This document shows, one piece after another, positions 19,078 through 28,081 of a DNA stretch of 64,000 nt. Made by a program: the position numbers and the translations under genes. The stretch spans positions 1-64,000 of the forward strand of contig JAFGSQ010000056.1 in NCBI GenBank assembly GCA_016934535.1, written 5' to 3'. The first letter of the stretch is position 1; each line of letters starts with the position of its first letter. The DNA is from a candidate division WOR-3 bacterium (lineage in GTDB: Bacteria; SDB-A). The notes below the pieces were generated by a model. That model was not told the origin of the DNA. It did no database searches and saw only the letters and a program-made list of their open reading frames with translations.

Positions 19078-20348
19078 ACCTAAAAACAGTGGAAATAGTA
19101 AAAAACGTCAGTTCCGGCGAGGGATTGGGAAAAATGGAAGGAAAAGTGATTTTTGTTCCATTCGCCGTCGCGGGTGAAGTTGTAGACGTGCGAACAGTTG
19201 AAAAAACGAGAGATTTCGACAGAGGCGAGATTGTTTCGTACAGGAAAAGGATTTCAGATCCTGATCTAGCGAAGTGTCCGTATTTTTTTTCCTGCGGAGG
19301 CTGTTCTTACCAGCATGTTCAAAGGAGCCATGAACAGTCCATAAAAGAGGAATTCGCTTTTGAAACAATAAAAAGGGCGGGTTTTTCGTCTGTTATTGAG
19401 AGCAGGATAACGGATACTGAAATCAGATACAATTACAGGACGAAGCTGACGCTCGCTGTCCGAACAAGAGGAGAAAAGACGGGAGCCGGATATTTCAGAA
19501 AAAAATCGGACGATTTTTTCACAGTCGATGCCTGTTGTCTCGCCGAAGATTGCATCAACTCCAAAATAACAGACGCTTTGACAGTTGCAAAAAATATTTC
19601 TGAAGTCGGCCTTGAAATCGATGCATTTTCAATAAGCCGTTACGAAGACGGAGACGGAGCCGTTTTTTACCATAGACCGCCAAAAAATACGCTCGTTCCC
19701 GAATTACATTCCGACATTAAATTTGCTTCAGTTTCCGTCTGTTCACGCTCGGACAATTTTCAAAACGGAAATGATTGCTTTCTGGTTTGTGGAAAAAAAA
19801 GAATGACAATTTCGTATTTGAAAGACATATCAGTTTCCTGCGGAAGTTTCACACAGGTAAACAGGGAAACTACGATGAAAATCCTGGAATTTCTGTCAGA
19901 AAATCTGAGAGAGAACGACTGGCTTATAGATCTTTACTGCGGGGCCGGATTTTTTTCGCTTCAGCTGGAAAAATTTGCGAAAAAAATCATTGGAGTGGAT
20001 TCCAATCCTGTTTCCGTGATGGACGCGGTTTACAACGCTCATGAAAAGGGCGTCGGTAAAGCGAAGTATTACAACATTGAAGACAGAGAAATCGGTTCAG
20101 AATTACTGAGAAAAAACTCTACAGTTATTATCGATCCCCCGAGGGCGGGAATGAATGCGAATCTACTTAAAAAAGTGACTGAAAAAAAATGCAGAGATAT
20201 ATTCTACCTGAGCTGCAGTTTACCTACCCTTCTGAGGGACCTGAGAGTTTTTTCTTCCTCAGGTTATAAAATTGAAAAAATAGTTTTGTTCGACATGTTT
20301 CCTTTGACGCCTCACCTCGAAGCGCTCGCGGTCATCAAAACAGAGTAA
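19074..20348 (+). CDS. rlmD: 23S rRNA (uracil-C5)-methyltransferase RlmD/TrmA family
   Basis: TRAM N-terminus, CPYFFSCGGC, SFTQVN, DLYCGAG, DPPRAG, YLSC, DMFP.T.HLE. Confidence 0.88.
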   Translation: MNLKTVEIVKNVSSGEGLGKMEGKVIFVPFAVAGEVVDVRTVEKTRDFDRGEIVSYRKRISDPDLAKCPYFFSCGGCSYQHVQRSHEQSIKEEFAFETIKRAGFSSVIESRITDTEIRYNYRTKLTLAVRTRGEKTGAGYFRKKSDDFFTVDACCLAEDCINSKITDALTVAKNISEVGLEIDAFSISRYEDGDGAVFYHRPPKNTLVPELHSDIKFASVSVCSRSDNFQNGNDCFLVCGKKRMTISYLKDISVSCGSFTQVNRETTMKILEFLSENLRENDWLIDLYCGAGFFSLQLEKFAKKIIGVDSNPVSVMDAVYNAHEKGVGKAKYYNIEDREIGSELLRKNSTVIIDPPRAGMNANLLKKVTEKKCRDIFYLSCSLPTLLRDLRVFSSSGYKIEKIVLFDMFPLTPHLEALAVIKTE

Positions 20349-20439
20349 AATATCATTTGATTTGAAAAAATATTCCGATAAAATATAAAATCGGTTAAAT
20401 TTTGCCAATTATTCGATACATCATAAATCGGGAGGAAAG

Positions 20440-21633
20440 ATGAAGGTCCTTGTCATAAACAGCGGCAGTTCTTCTATCAAATATCAACTCATTGAAACGA
20501 ACGACGAAAACTGCCTCGCGTCGGGTCTGATAGAGAGAGTTTCCTTGCCGATGGGAATAATAACTCACAAGAAGCATGGCGTACTTTCTCACAAAGATGA
20601 AATCCCCGTCAAGGATCATCAGGCAGGCCTGGATATGATGTTAAAGCTTCTCATGCATGAAAAACATGGTGTCATAAAAAATTACACTGAGATTAACGCA
20701 ATAGGCCACAGAGTGGTTCACGGAGGCGAGAAATTTACACATTCAGTTATGATTGACGACTCGGTCATGGAGGCTCTTGAAAACTCAACTTACTTGGCTC
20801 CACTGCACAATCCGGCGAATATACTGGGAATAAAAGCCGCGAGAAAGCTTTTGCCAAAGATTCCTAATGTGGCGGTATTTGACACGGCTTTCCATCAGAC
20901 GATGCCTAAAGTTGCATACATCTATTCTTTGCCTTACGAGTTTTACGAAAAAAGAGGAATCAGAAAGTACGGTTTTCACGGGACAAGCCATCAATACGTC
21001 GCTCAGAAAGCGGCGGAAACACTCGGTAAAGCATACGACCAGACAAACGTAATAACATGTCATCTCGGGAACGGCTGCAGTTTAGCTGCTGTGAAAAACG
21101 GAAAAAGCATTGACACGAGCCTTGGTTACGGAACGATGTGCGGAGTCGTCATGGGTACGAGAGCAGGAGACATCGATCCCGCCATAATAGTCTCTATGGT
21201 CGAAGAACTTAACATGACTCCGGCGGATATTAAAAACGTTTTGTATAAGAAAAGCGGCCTGCTGGGTCTTTCCGGAGTGTCAAGCGACATGAGAGACATT
21301 GAAAAAGAGGAGGAAAATGGAAATGAAAGGGCGAAACTCGCTCTTGATGTTTTTGCCGACAGGGTGAGGAAATACATAGGCGCCTACGCTGTAACGCTTG
21401 GCAAAGTTGACGCAATCGTTTTTACTGCCGGAATAGGCGAAAACGGATGGGAAATAAGAGAAAGGATATGCGCGGGACTTGAAGGGATAGGCGCTTTTCT
21501 CGACACAGAAAAAAACAAAGTTCGTGGTAAACTGGCCATAATCTCGAAAGAAGACAGTCCGGTAAAAATCATTTCTGTACCGACCAACGAAGAGCTTATG
21601 ATAGCCAAAGAAACTGTAAAAATAGTTTTATGA
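20440..21633 (+). CDS. ackA: acetate kinase
   Basis: VLVINSGSSSIK, GHRVVHGG, APLHNP, FDTAFH, YGFHGTSH, HLGNG, FTAGIGEN, TNEE. Confidence 0.97.
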   Translation: MKVLVINSGSSSIKYQLIETNDENCLASGLIERVSLPMGIITHKKHGVLSHKDEIPVKDHQAGLDMMLKLLMHEKHGVIKNYTEINAIGHRVVHGGEKFTHSVMIDDSVMEALENSTYLAPLHNPANILGIKAARKLLPKIPNVAVFDTAFHQTMPKVAYIYSLPYEFYEKRGIRKYGFHGTSHQYVAQKAAETLGKAYDQTNVITCHLGNGCSLAAVKNGKSIDTSLGYGTMCGVVMGTRAGDIDPAIIVSMVEELNMTPADIKNVLYKKSGLLGLSGVSSDMRDIEKEEENGNERAKLALDVFADRVRKYIGAYAVTLGKVDAIVFTAGIGENGWEIRERICAGLEGIGAFLDTEKNKVRGKLAIISKEDSPVKIISVPTNEELMIAKETVKIVL

Positions 21634-22212
21634 GTTCGGCTGGTCAGCGGGATCAGTTCTGTTTTTTTTCGACTTTTTTCTTCTTTTGATCTGTACAAAA
21701 AAACCGATTACTGCAATCAGCAGGGCTGCTGTCCCGTAGACCGTTAAGCTTGCCTGTTCTTTCAGCAAAAATGAAAAGCCTAGAAAAAGCATAAGAGCCC
21801 CCGAAATAGAAAGCCACCCGGAAAGCATGAATCTTCTCATAAGAACCGTCAGAACACCCGATATCAGAGAAATAGAAGCGGTTAAAACAATGTTTAATCT
21901 GAAAATGGAAACAAGCAAAAAGAGAGGCAGAGCGAAGCCTATAAAAAAAATCGCAATTGTCCTGTAAAGAAAAAAAGTCAGCGAAAACACAGCCGCTCCG
22001 AAAATTCCAAGAAGAATAATTACTGTATAGTTGTATGAGTAGTTTATACCCGCCAGAGCGCCTAAAACCAAGCCGGAGGCGGCCCCTGCAAGAAACAGAA
22101 AATACTTGAATACAGCATTACCGAAAAAAGATGCCGCGGCACCGGATACTATGAAAAAAAGACCGATGTGGAGCGAATGTGAGGTCAGAAGTTTGTTGAG
22201 GAAATCAAGCAT
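21628..22212 (-). CDS. multi-TM membrane protein (DUF4203/TMEM198-like)
   Basis: About 7 hydrophobic segments; FFGNAVFKYF pattern. Confidence 0.65.
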   Translation of the reverse strand: MLDFLNKLLTSHSLHIGLFFIVSGAAASFFGNAVFKYFLFLAGAASGLVLGALAGINYSYNYTVIILLGIFGAAVFSLTFFLYRTIAIFFIGFALPLFLLVSIFRLNIVLTASISLISGVLTVLMRRFMLSGWLSISGALMLFLGFSFLLKEQASLTVYGTAALLIAVIGFFVQIKRRKKSKKNRTDPADQPNS

Positions 22213-22753
22213 TTAGGACGATTTGAACCGCTTCGCCTATGTCGTTGGCGATTGTGAAATGTTTTCTTGAATCATGGGACTGGGACAAAACGTTTTTACC
22301 GTATCCGGTCAGCACGAGAATGAATTTGATTCCGGTTTTGAGAGAAAGCATCAAGTCCGAGTAGTCGTCACCGACAATCCAGGAAAGGGAAGTGTCTATG
22401 CCGAACAGTGAACACGCGGAGTCTATCATTCCTCTTTCAGGTTTTCTGAAACCGGATCCATGATCGGGAGACGACGGGTCGTAATAAATCCCGTCGAGTT
22501 TTGCGGGCAACAGAAGTTTTTCCATCTTTTCAGAGACCTGGAAAAGCTCTTTGAAAGAAAAAAAACCTCTGCCGATGCCGGACTGATTGCTGACAACGAC
22601 AGCCAGAACTGATGCCTCGTTCAATTTAAGGATTGAATCACGTGCTCCGTCTATGAGTTCGGTTTGAGCGGGATCCCTCAGATACGGCACCGGTTTTAGA
22701 ATTGTGCCGTCTCTATCGAGAAAAACCGCGGGTCTTTTGACTTTCTTTTCCAT
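22205..22753 (-). CDS. gmhB: D-glycero-D-manno-heptose 1,7-bisphosphate phosphatase (HAD-IIIA)
   Basis: AVFLDRDGTI, VSNQSGIGRG, RKPERGM, IVGD..SD; adjacent to heptosyltransferases. Confidence 0.88.
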   Translation of the reverse strand: MEKKVKRPAVFLDRDGTILKPVPYLRDPAQTELIDGARDSILKLNEASVLAVVVSNQSGIGRGFFSFKELFQVSEKMEKLLLPAKLDGIYYDPSSPDHGSGFRKPERGMIDSACSLFGIDTSLSWIVGDDYSDLMLSLKTGIKFILVLTGYGKNVLSQSHDSRKHFTIANDIGEAVQIVLNA

Positions 22754-22777
22754 AGCGGGATTTTAAACTGTTTGAAG

Positions 22778-23749
22778 CTATACTTCAACTTTTAGTGTAT
22801 CCGAGACCGCTTGATAGACTTCTTCGACAGAAATGCTTTTCATGCAGAGGGCTTCTCCATTGGGACATGTCTTTTTAAAGCAGGGACTGCAGGATAGATT
22901 TTTATAAATTACTGTGCTTTTTCCTTTGCCCCATGGAGCAGTCCAAACAGGCGAGCTCGACCCGAAAAGCGAAACCGTGCTGACTCCGAGAGCAGCAGCC
23001 AGGTGCATGCTTCCGGTGTCGCAAGAAACAAGTACCGAAGATTTTGAGAGAACAAAAGGAATATCACCGATTTTTGTTTTCGATGAAAGGTTAATAGTTC
23101 CGGAAAAATTTCTTTCCCAACCCGAGAGGTCTCTGACTCCGACTAATACGGTTTTCGTCAGTTTTTCCGTTTTTTGTATCAGCTCTATCCATTTATCGTC
23201 TTCCCACATTTTTGCCTCTCCGTAGGCGGCACCGGGATCTACCGCAACGTAACCGGTTTCATTTTCAAGAATTTTCGCTATTCGTGAGTCCGGTTCCGGA
23301 ACGAAGAAACTGATTTCAGTTGGGGGAGGTGATTTCAAGTGGTTTTTGAAAAGCCGGAAATAATAATGTCTCATAGGTTTTGATTTACGGTTTTTAGGGT
23401 CGAGTTTTTCGGTCAGAAGAAAACCCCTGTTGTCTGTAGAATAACCTATTCTTGTTTTTATGCCTGAAAGTCTCGCGATTAAAGCCGAAGAAAACGATTT
23501 TGGAAGAACAAAACATGCATCCGGACGTTCTCTTTTCAAAGCCGACACGGTTTCCAAAAACCCTTTTTTACTTTTTTCGACAGGCACGAACAAGTCTGAA
23601 CCGGGGAAATTTCCAAAAATGCCTTCGAGTGATTTTCTGCCGATGAGTATCAACTGGTCCGATTCCCTCTCCTTTTTTATCCATCCTACAATCGAAGACG
23701 CGACTACTGCGTCTCCGAGGTGGTTAGGGAGATAAATTGCCGTTTTCAA
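22778..23749 (-). CDS. waaF: LPS heptosyltransferase II (GT9)
   Basis: PNHLGDAV, LPKSFSSA, PGAAYGEAKMW, DTGSMHLAAA, CSPCFKKTCP. Confidence 0.88.
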   Translation of the reverse strand: MKTAIYLPNHLGDAVVASSIVGWIKKERESDQLILIGRKSLEGIFGNFPGSDLFVPVEKSKKGFLETVSALKRERPDACFVLPKSFSSALIARLSGIKTRIGYSTDNRGFLLTEKLDPKNRKSKPMRHYYFRLFKNHLKSPPPTEISFFVPEPDSRIAKILENETGYVAVDPGAAYGEAKMWEDDKWIELIQKTEKLTKTVLVGVRDLSGWERNFSGTINLSSKTKIGDIPFVLSKSSVLVSCDTGSMHLAAALGVSTVSLFGSSSPVWTAPWGKGKSTVIYKNLSCSPCFKKTCPNGEALCMKSISVEEVYQAVSDTLKVEV

Positions 23750-24701
23750 TTATTTGTCTCGCTTTGTTGAAAATCGTTTCGGAGTCGTAAAATTTTGTGC
23801 AGGCAAAATCTCTTCTCGGGCAGGAATTTCTCCCATGCAGTGAACAGGGACAGCATTTTAAACCGGATGTCAGGAAATCGGATTCTGGCATCCAGGGTCT
23901 GAATCCGAAAACAGGAGACGTCGAGCAAAAGACTGCCAATACGGGAGTGCCGACGGCTTCGGAAACGTGCAGAGGGCCGGAATCGCTGGTTATCAAAACG
24001 GAAGAAATGCTGAGAATCGCTTTGAGGTCTGACAAATCGTCCGTCATGCCTCTCATGTCCTTGTCTGCAAAGACAGGAAATGAATCCCTGGGTCCTAGTA
24101 AAACAGTTTTGTATCCGCAGGCGGACAATTTTTTTGAAGCCTCGGATATGATATTTGGGTCGAGGTGTTTTGATTTTTGGGAGGAATGAGCATGGATCGC
24201 TGCAATTTTGCCTATGCCCGCAATTGTAATTGCTTTTTCAATGGATTTATTTGTCACGTGCAATCTGGGTTTTGGCGCCGGTTTTTCATCGAAACCTAAT
24301 TTTTTAATAGTATCGGCGTAAGCTTCGTAAGTGAAAAAAGGAGTAAAAGTTTTTGATTTGTTTTTGACGAAGTTTCTTCTTTGTTTTTTCCTGGAATCAT
24401 ATCTGGCGGTTTTTGTGCCGGTCAATAAAGAGACAGCGAATGTTCGAAGCTTCAAATGGGCGTCAATGATAAAGTCCGGCGATATTTTCTTTATTTCGCG
24501 GGCGTGCTTATACAACGACGACGGTCTGTCGTCTTTTAAAAAAAACATACCGTCTATCCTCGGATCTTCTTCAAAAAGTTCTGCGTATTTTTTTCTCGTC
24601 GCAAAAAAGCACGAAAAACCCAGATTTTTAATAGATTCAAAAAGAGAAGCCAGGAGAACAACGTCGCCGAGCTGTCCATACCTGAGTACGACAAATTTCA
24701 T
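23724..24701 (-). CDS. glycosyltransferase family 9 (heptosyltransferase-like)
   Basis: RYGQLGDVVL, TSDSGPLHV, CCPCSLHGRNSCP. Confidence 0.88.
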   Translation of the reverse strand: MKFVVLRYGQLGDVVLLASLFESIKNLGFSCFFATRKKYAELFEEDPRIDGMFFLKDDRPSSLYKHAREIKKISPDFIIDAHLKLRTFAVSLLTGTKTARYDSRKKQRRNFVKNKSKTFTPFFTYEAYADTIKKLGFDEKPAPKPRLHVTNKSIEKAITIAGIGKIAAIHAHSSQKSKHLDPNIISEASKKLSACGYKTVLLGPRDSFPVFADKDMRGMTDDLSDLKAILSISSVLITSDSGPLHVSEAVGTPVLAVFCSTSPVFGFRPWMPESDFLTSGLKCCPCSLHGRNSCPRRDFACTKFYDSETIFNKARQIIENGNLSP

Positions 24702-25099
24702 CAGAATTGCCAGAAATTGTGCAAACCTGAAGTAAATTCGTAAGAAGCGCCGGAAAATGCGCCGGCTAAAGCGCTGAAAATCAGGATTGTCAAAATGGCT
24801 GTTCCGGCAAAAGAAAACATAAGGATTGAATAAACAATTGTCTTATATTTAAAATATTTCTCCAGACCCGACATGTTGAAAGCAACATCTTTGGTGTCTG
24901 AAACATTAATTTTTTGTTTTGAGTTGCCTGAGATTGAAAAAAGATGAGAACCTGACACAATCAACATGGCGCCGAGTATAACCGAAAGCGGAAAAAAACA
25001 CATTAACGCGCCTAAAATTATTTCTAAAACAGCCGCAGTTTTAAACCAAAAATAATTGGTCTTTTTTACATCAGCTTTGACTTCAGAATTTTCTTCCAA
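24701..25099 (-). CDS. small membrane protein (DUF5362-like)
   Basis: Three TM segments; LEKYFKY motif; SD AAGGAG and TTG start; TGATG overlap with the GT9 gene. Confidence 0.6.
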   Translation of the reverse strand: MEENSEVKADVKKTNYFWFKTAAVLEIILGALMCFFPLSVILGAMLIVSGSHLFSISGNSKQKINVSDTKDVAFNMSGLEKYFKYKTIVYSILMFSFAGTAILTILIFSALAGAFSGASYEFTSGLHNFWQF

Positions 25100-25134
25100 A
25101 AAAGCTCCTTGATTTAACAGAAGTTTCGAGTTGA

Positions 25135-25163
25135 ATTATACTTAAGAGAATGTCCCGCGTAAA
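25135..25163 (-). promoter_or_regulatory. sigma70 promoter for the leftward LPS gene run
   Basis: Minus strand TTTACG, 17 nt spacer, TATAAT. Confidence 0.55.
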
Positions 25164-25208
25164 GTTTTTTTTGTTGTTTTTTAACGGATATCTGTTAAAA
25201 TTAACCGC

Positions 25209-25616
25209 ATGAGAGATTATTCTGATTTTTTCAACGAGGAATTCGGGGATTACCTCGATTCTGACGGTTTCGTAAAAGCAAGAAGCTCTATCGGAAAAAA
25301 ACTTCACGAATTATGCGAAACCAACTTAAAAAACCTGGAACTCCTGACTGAAACGAAAATCAGGATATACGATGATTTCCATGCTCAATCTTCCTCTCTT
25401 GCCGAAATAATATGCCAGATGCCTGAAAATCTTTTCAAAAAAGGCGTCGACCTGGTCACAAAAATCGTCTTCTGCGGTATCCTGTCGAGAGTGATGGGAA
25501 CAGAGGATTATTTTGACGAGAACATTTCGGATTTTTTCGAGTGCGTAATCTTTCACATCGCTGTCATAGGAAGAAAACAGAGGGATCTAAGAAAAAAGAA
25601 TCTGGATCAAAACTGA
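25209..25616 (+). CDS. hypothetical acidic helical protein
   Basis: 135 aa ORF in otherwise empty space; extended -10 TGTTAAAAT 7 nt before the ATG. Confidence 0.6.
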   Translation: MRDYSDFFNEEFGDYLDSDGFVKARSSIGKKLHELCETNLKNLELLTETKIRIYDDFHAQSSSLAEIICQMPENLFKKGVDLVTKIVFCGILSRVMGTEDYFDENISDFFECVIFHIAVIGRKQRDLRKKNLDQN

Positions 25617-25794
25617 TTTTTTATCTCATGTAATTTTTGCGTCAACATCGCGAATCCGGTTTTTATTAACAATTCCAAACAGCATGAAATTGAAACACCT
25701 GAATGCGCCTTTTGGGTATTGCTTTGGCGCCTTCAATGGATGATAATAACCGCGATGTCGGATGGTATAAATTGACGCCGCAAAGGAGGTAATA

Positions 25795-26229
25795 GTGTAC
25801 CCTTTTTTAATGTCTCTTTTGTCTCAGTACTCGTCAACGGGTAATTATGATTACGAAACGGAAGGTTTGGCCGGGACTTTCATGGCGCTGGGTATTATAT
25901 GGATATTGGTAATTGCTCTTGTTTATGTAGCTGTTTTCGTCTTCCAGATAATTGTTTTGTGGAGAATTTTCTCTAAAACAGGTTATTCAGGAGCTTTAAG
26001 CCTTTTCATTCTGTTGCCCGGAATAGGGCATATCGTACTGCTCATATTCTCGCTGGTTCTTGCCTTTTCAAAATGGCCGATAGAAAAGGAGCTCGAAGAT
26101 TATAAGATGAGACTTTACGGGAAACCTTACAACGCACAAGGATCTCAGGGAACAAACATATACCTCCAGCAGCAGACTCCTCAACAGCAGACACCTCCGC
26201 CCCCGCCTCCGCCTCCGACAGTTCAGTAG
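25795..26229 (+). CDS. hypothetical membrane protein with Gln/Pro-rich tail
   Basis: SD AAGGAGGT and GTG start; WRIFSKTGYSG..LAFSKWP TM motif; QQQTPQQQTPPPPPPPP tail. Confidence 0.75.
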   Translation: MYPFLMSLLSQYSSTGNYDYETEGLAGTFMALGIIWILVIALVYVAVFVFQIIVLWRIFSKTGYSGALSLFILLPGIGHIVLLIFSLVLAFSKWPIEKELEDYKMRLYGKPYNAQGSQGTNIYLQQQTPQQQTPPPPPPPPTVQ

Positions 26230-26256
26230 AATTTTTTAGAAAAAAAAGGAGAAAAA

Positions 26257-26769
26257 ATGAAAAGAACGTTTTTAATAATTGCCTTTATAGCAATTTCATC
26301 CGGCCTGCAGACTTCTCCTCTGTTGAAGTTCGGCGCGACTGTTTCTCTCTGGGATCCTCCGGGAGACGCAAATTACGCCCCGCTGGTTGAAACATGGGCG
26401 GAGTATTACATTTCTTCGGTTTTTTCACTCAGAGGTACGGGGGCCTATTCCACTTGGTCTCAGGACACGGTTGATTACACTCACAGGAGAGGAACTCTGG
26501 ACGGAATTTTTCATCCCGACATAGGCACGGGATTTCAGATAGGGATAGGCGGAGGTCTCGGGTATTACGAGACACAAACGTCTTTGACCGGAGACGACGA
26601 CAATGGAACATTAGGTATTCAGGCGATAGGCGACCTGAATTACGCGATTGCCCAGAACGTCGGTGTGAATTTCACAGCCAGAGCGGTAATTCCCGATCTC
26701 AACGAATCATCTGAGATATCATGGCAGTTCGGCGGTGGAATAACCGGAGAAATGCAGATAGGATTTTAA
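26257..26769 (+). CDS. small outer-membrane beta-barrel protein
   Basis: SD AAGGAG; signal peptide; alternating beta pattern (IGIGGGLGYY); terminal F. Confidence 0.7.
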   Translation: MKRTFLIIAFIAISSGLQTSPLLKFGATVSLWDPPGDANYAPLVETWAEYYISSVFSLRGTGAYSTWSQDTVDYTHRRGTLDGIFHPDIGTGFQIGIGGGLGYYETQTSLTGDDDNGTLGIQAIGDLNYAIAQNVGVNFTARAVIPDLNESSEISWQFGGGITGEMQIGF

Positions 26770-26770
26770 C

Positions 26771-28030
26771 CTGACTCTTCAACCTGTAAGAGGAATGAGG
26801 GATTTCTATCCCGAGGAAATGAGAAAGAGGGAGTGGCTTTTTTCGGTTTGGAAAGAAGTGTCTTATCTTTACGGCTTCGAACCATACGACGCTCCGATAG
26901 TCGAAAGCCTGGACCTGCTCAAAAGAAAAGCTGGAGAGGAAATCTCTCAGCAACTCTATTCATTTCTCGATAAATCAGGCAGAGAAATAGCTCTCAGGGC
27001 GGAAATGACGCCTTCTTTGGCCCGCATGATTGTATCCAGGCAGAATTCTCTGTCTATGCCCGTGAAGTGGTTTACCATCGCCCAGTGTTTCCGTTACGAA
27101 AGAATGACGAAAGGCAGGAAAAGAGAGCATTATCAGTGGAACGCGGACATCCTCGGAGTGGACGATATTTCAGCCGAGACTGAGATAATTTCCATGCTTG
27201 TATGCGCTCTCAAAAAACTGGGATTAGGCAAGGACGATGCCCTTGTGAAAATCAACAGCAGAAAAATAGTAGAAGACATTCTTAGAAGCGCAGAAATATC
27301 CGAAGACCTTTTTCCGAAGGTGATGATAGTAATTGACAAGAAAGACAAGGTTTCTCCCGATGATTTGGTTGAAATGCTTGAGGCAATTCCCCTGGACAAG
27401 CGATCGGCTGAAAGAATAACCGGAACTTTTGAAAAGTGCCAAACCGAAGGAGTGAGATCTGTTCTCGGAGAAAACGAAAATGTCAGGGAAATTGAATCTC
27501 TCCTGGAGAACTTGGGAGGATTTATGGACTACATAAGCTTTGACACCTCGGTTGTAAGAGGCCTTTCATATTACACAGGAACGGTTTTTGAGGTTTATTC
27601 AAAAAAAGGAAGTTCAAGAGCCATAGCCGGAGGAGGAAGATACGCCGGTCTGCTTGAAAAAATCGGGGGAAAACCGCTTTCCGGAGTAGGATTCGGTTTC
27701 GGCGACGTTGTGGTTATGGACGTTCTCGAAGAAGCCGGAAAAATACAACAGAGCGGATACCTTCTCGATTATTACATAATACCTTACGATAAAACACACT
27801 TTTCAAAGGCATTTGAGATTGCCGGAGCCGCGAGAGAAAAAAAACTGTCAGCGGACATTGATTTCAAATGCAGAAAAGTCGGCGCCGCTCTCTCGGAAGC
27901 GGTTCGAAAAAATGCAAGGTTCAGCGTCCTTATATTTCCTGACGAATTGAAAGACGGTAAAATTAAAATCAAGAACATGAAAACACAGGAGGAAAAGACG
28001 GTTCTTTTGAGCGAATTTCCGGTTATGTGA
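26771..28030 (+). CDS. hisS: histidine--tRNA ligase
   Basis: QPVRGMRDFYP, LRAEMT, FRYERMTKGRKREHYQ, VRGLSYYTG, GGGRY, GFGFG; conserved N-terminus extends upstream of ATG 26795 to CTG 26771. Confidence 0.96.
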   Translation: MTLQPVRGMRDFYPEEMRKREWLFSVWKEVSYLYGFEPYDAPIVESLDLLKRKAGEEISQQLYSFLDKSGREIALRAEMTPSLARMIVSRQNSLSMPVKWFTIAQCFRYERMTKGRKREHYQWNADILGVDDISAETEIISMLVCALKKLGLGKDDALVKINSRKIVEDILRSAEISEDLFPKVMIVIDKKDKVSPDDLVEMLEAIPLDKRSAERITGTFEKCQTEGVRSVLGENENVREIESLLENLGGFMDYISFDTSVVRGLSYYTGTVFEVYSKKGSSRAIAGGGRYAGLLEKIGGKPLSGVGFGFGDVVVMDVLEEAGKIQQSGYLLDYYIIPYDKTHFSKAFEIAGAAREKKLSADIDFKCRKVGAALSEAVRKNARFSVLIFPDELKDGKIKIKNMKTQEEKTVLLSEFPVM

Positions 28031-28081
28031 GAGGGCTCATCAAAACCGACTGTTTCCAGGGACCGACAGAATTTTTTTAAG

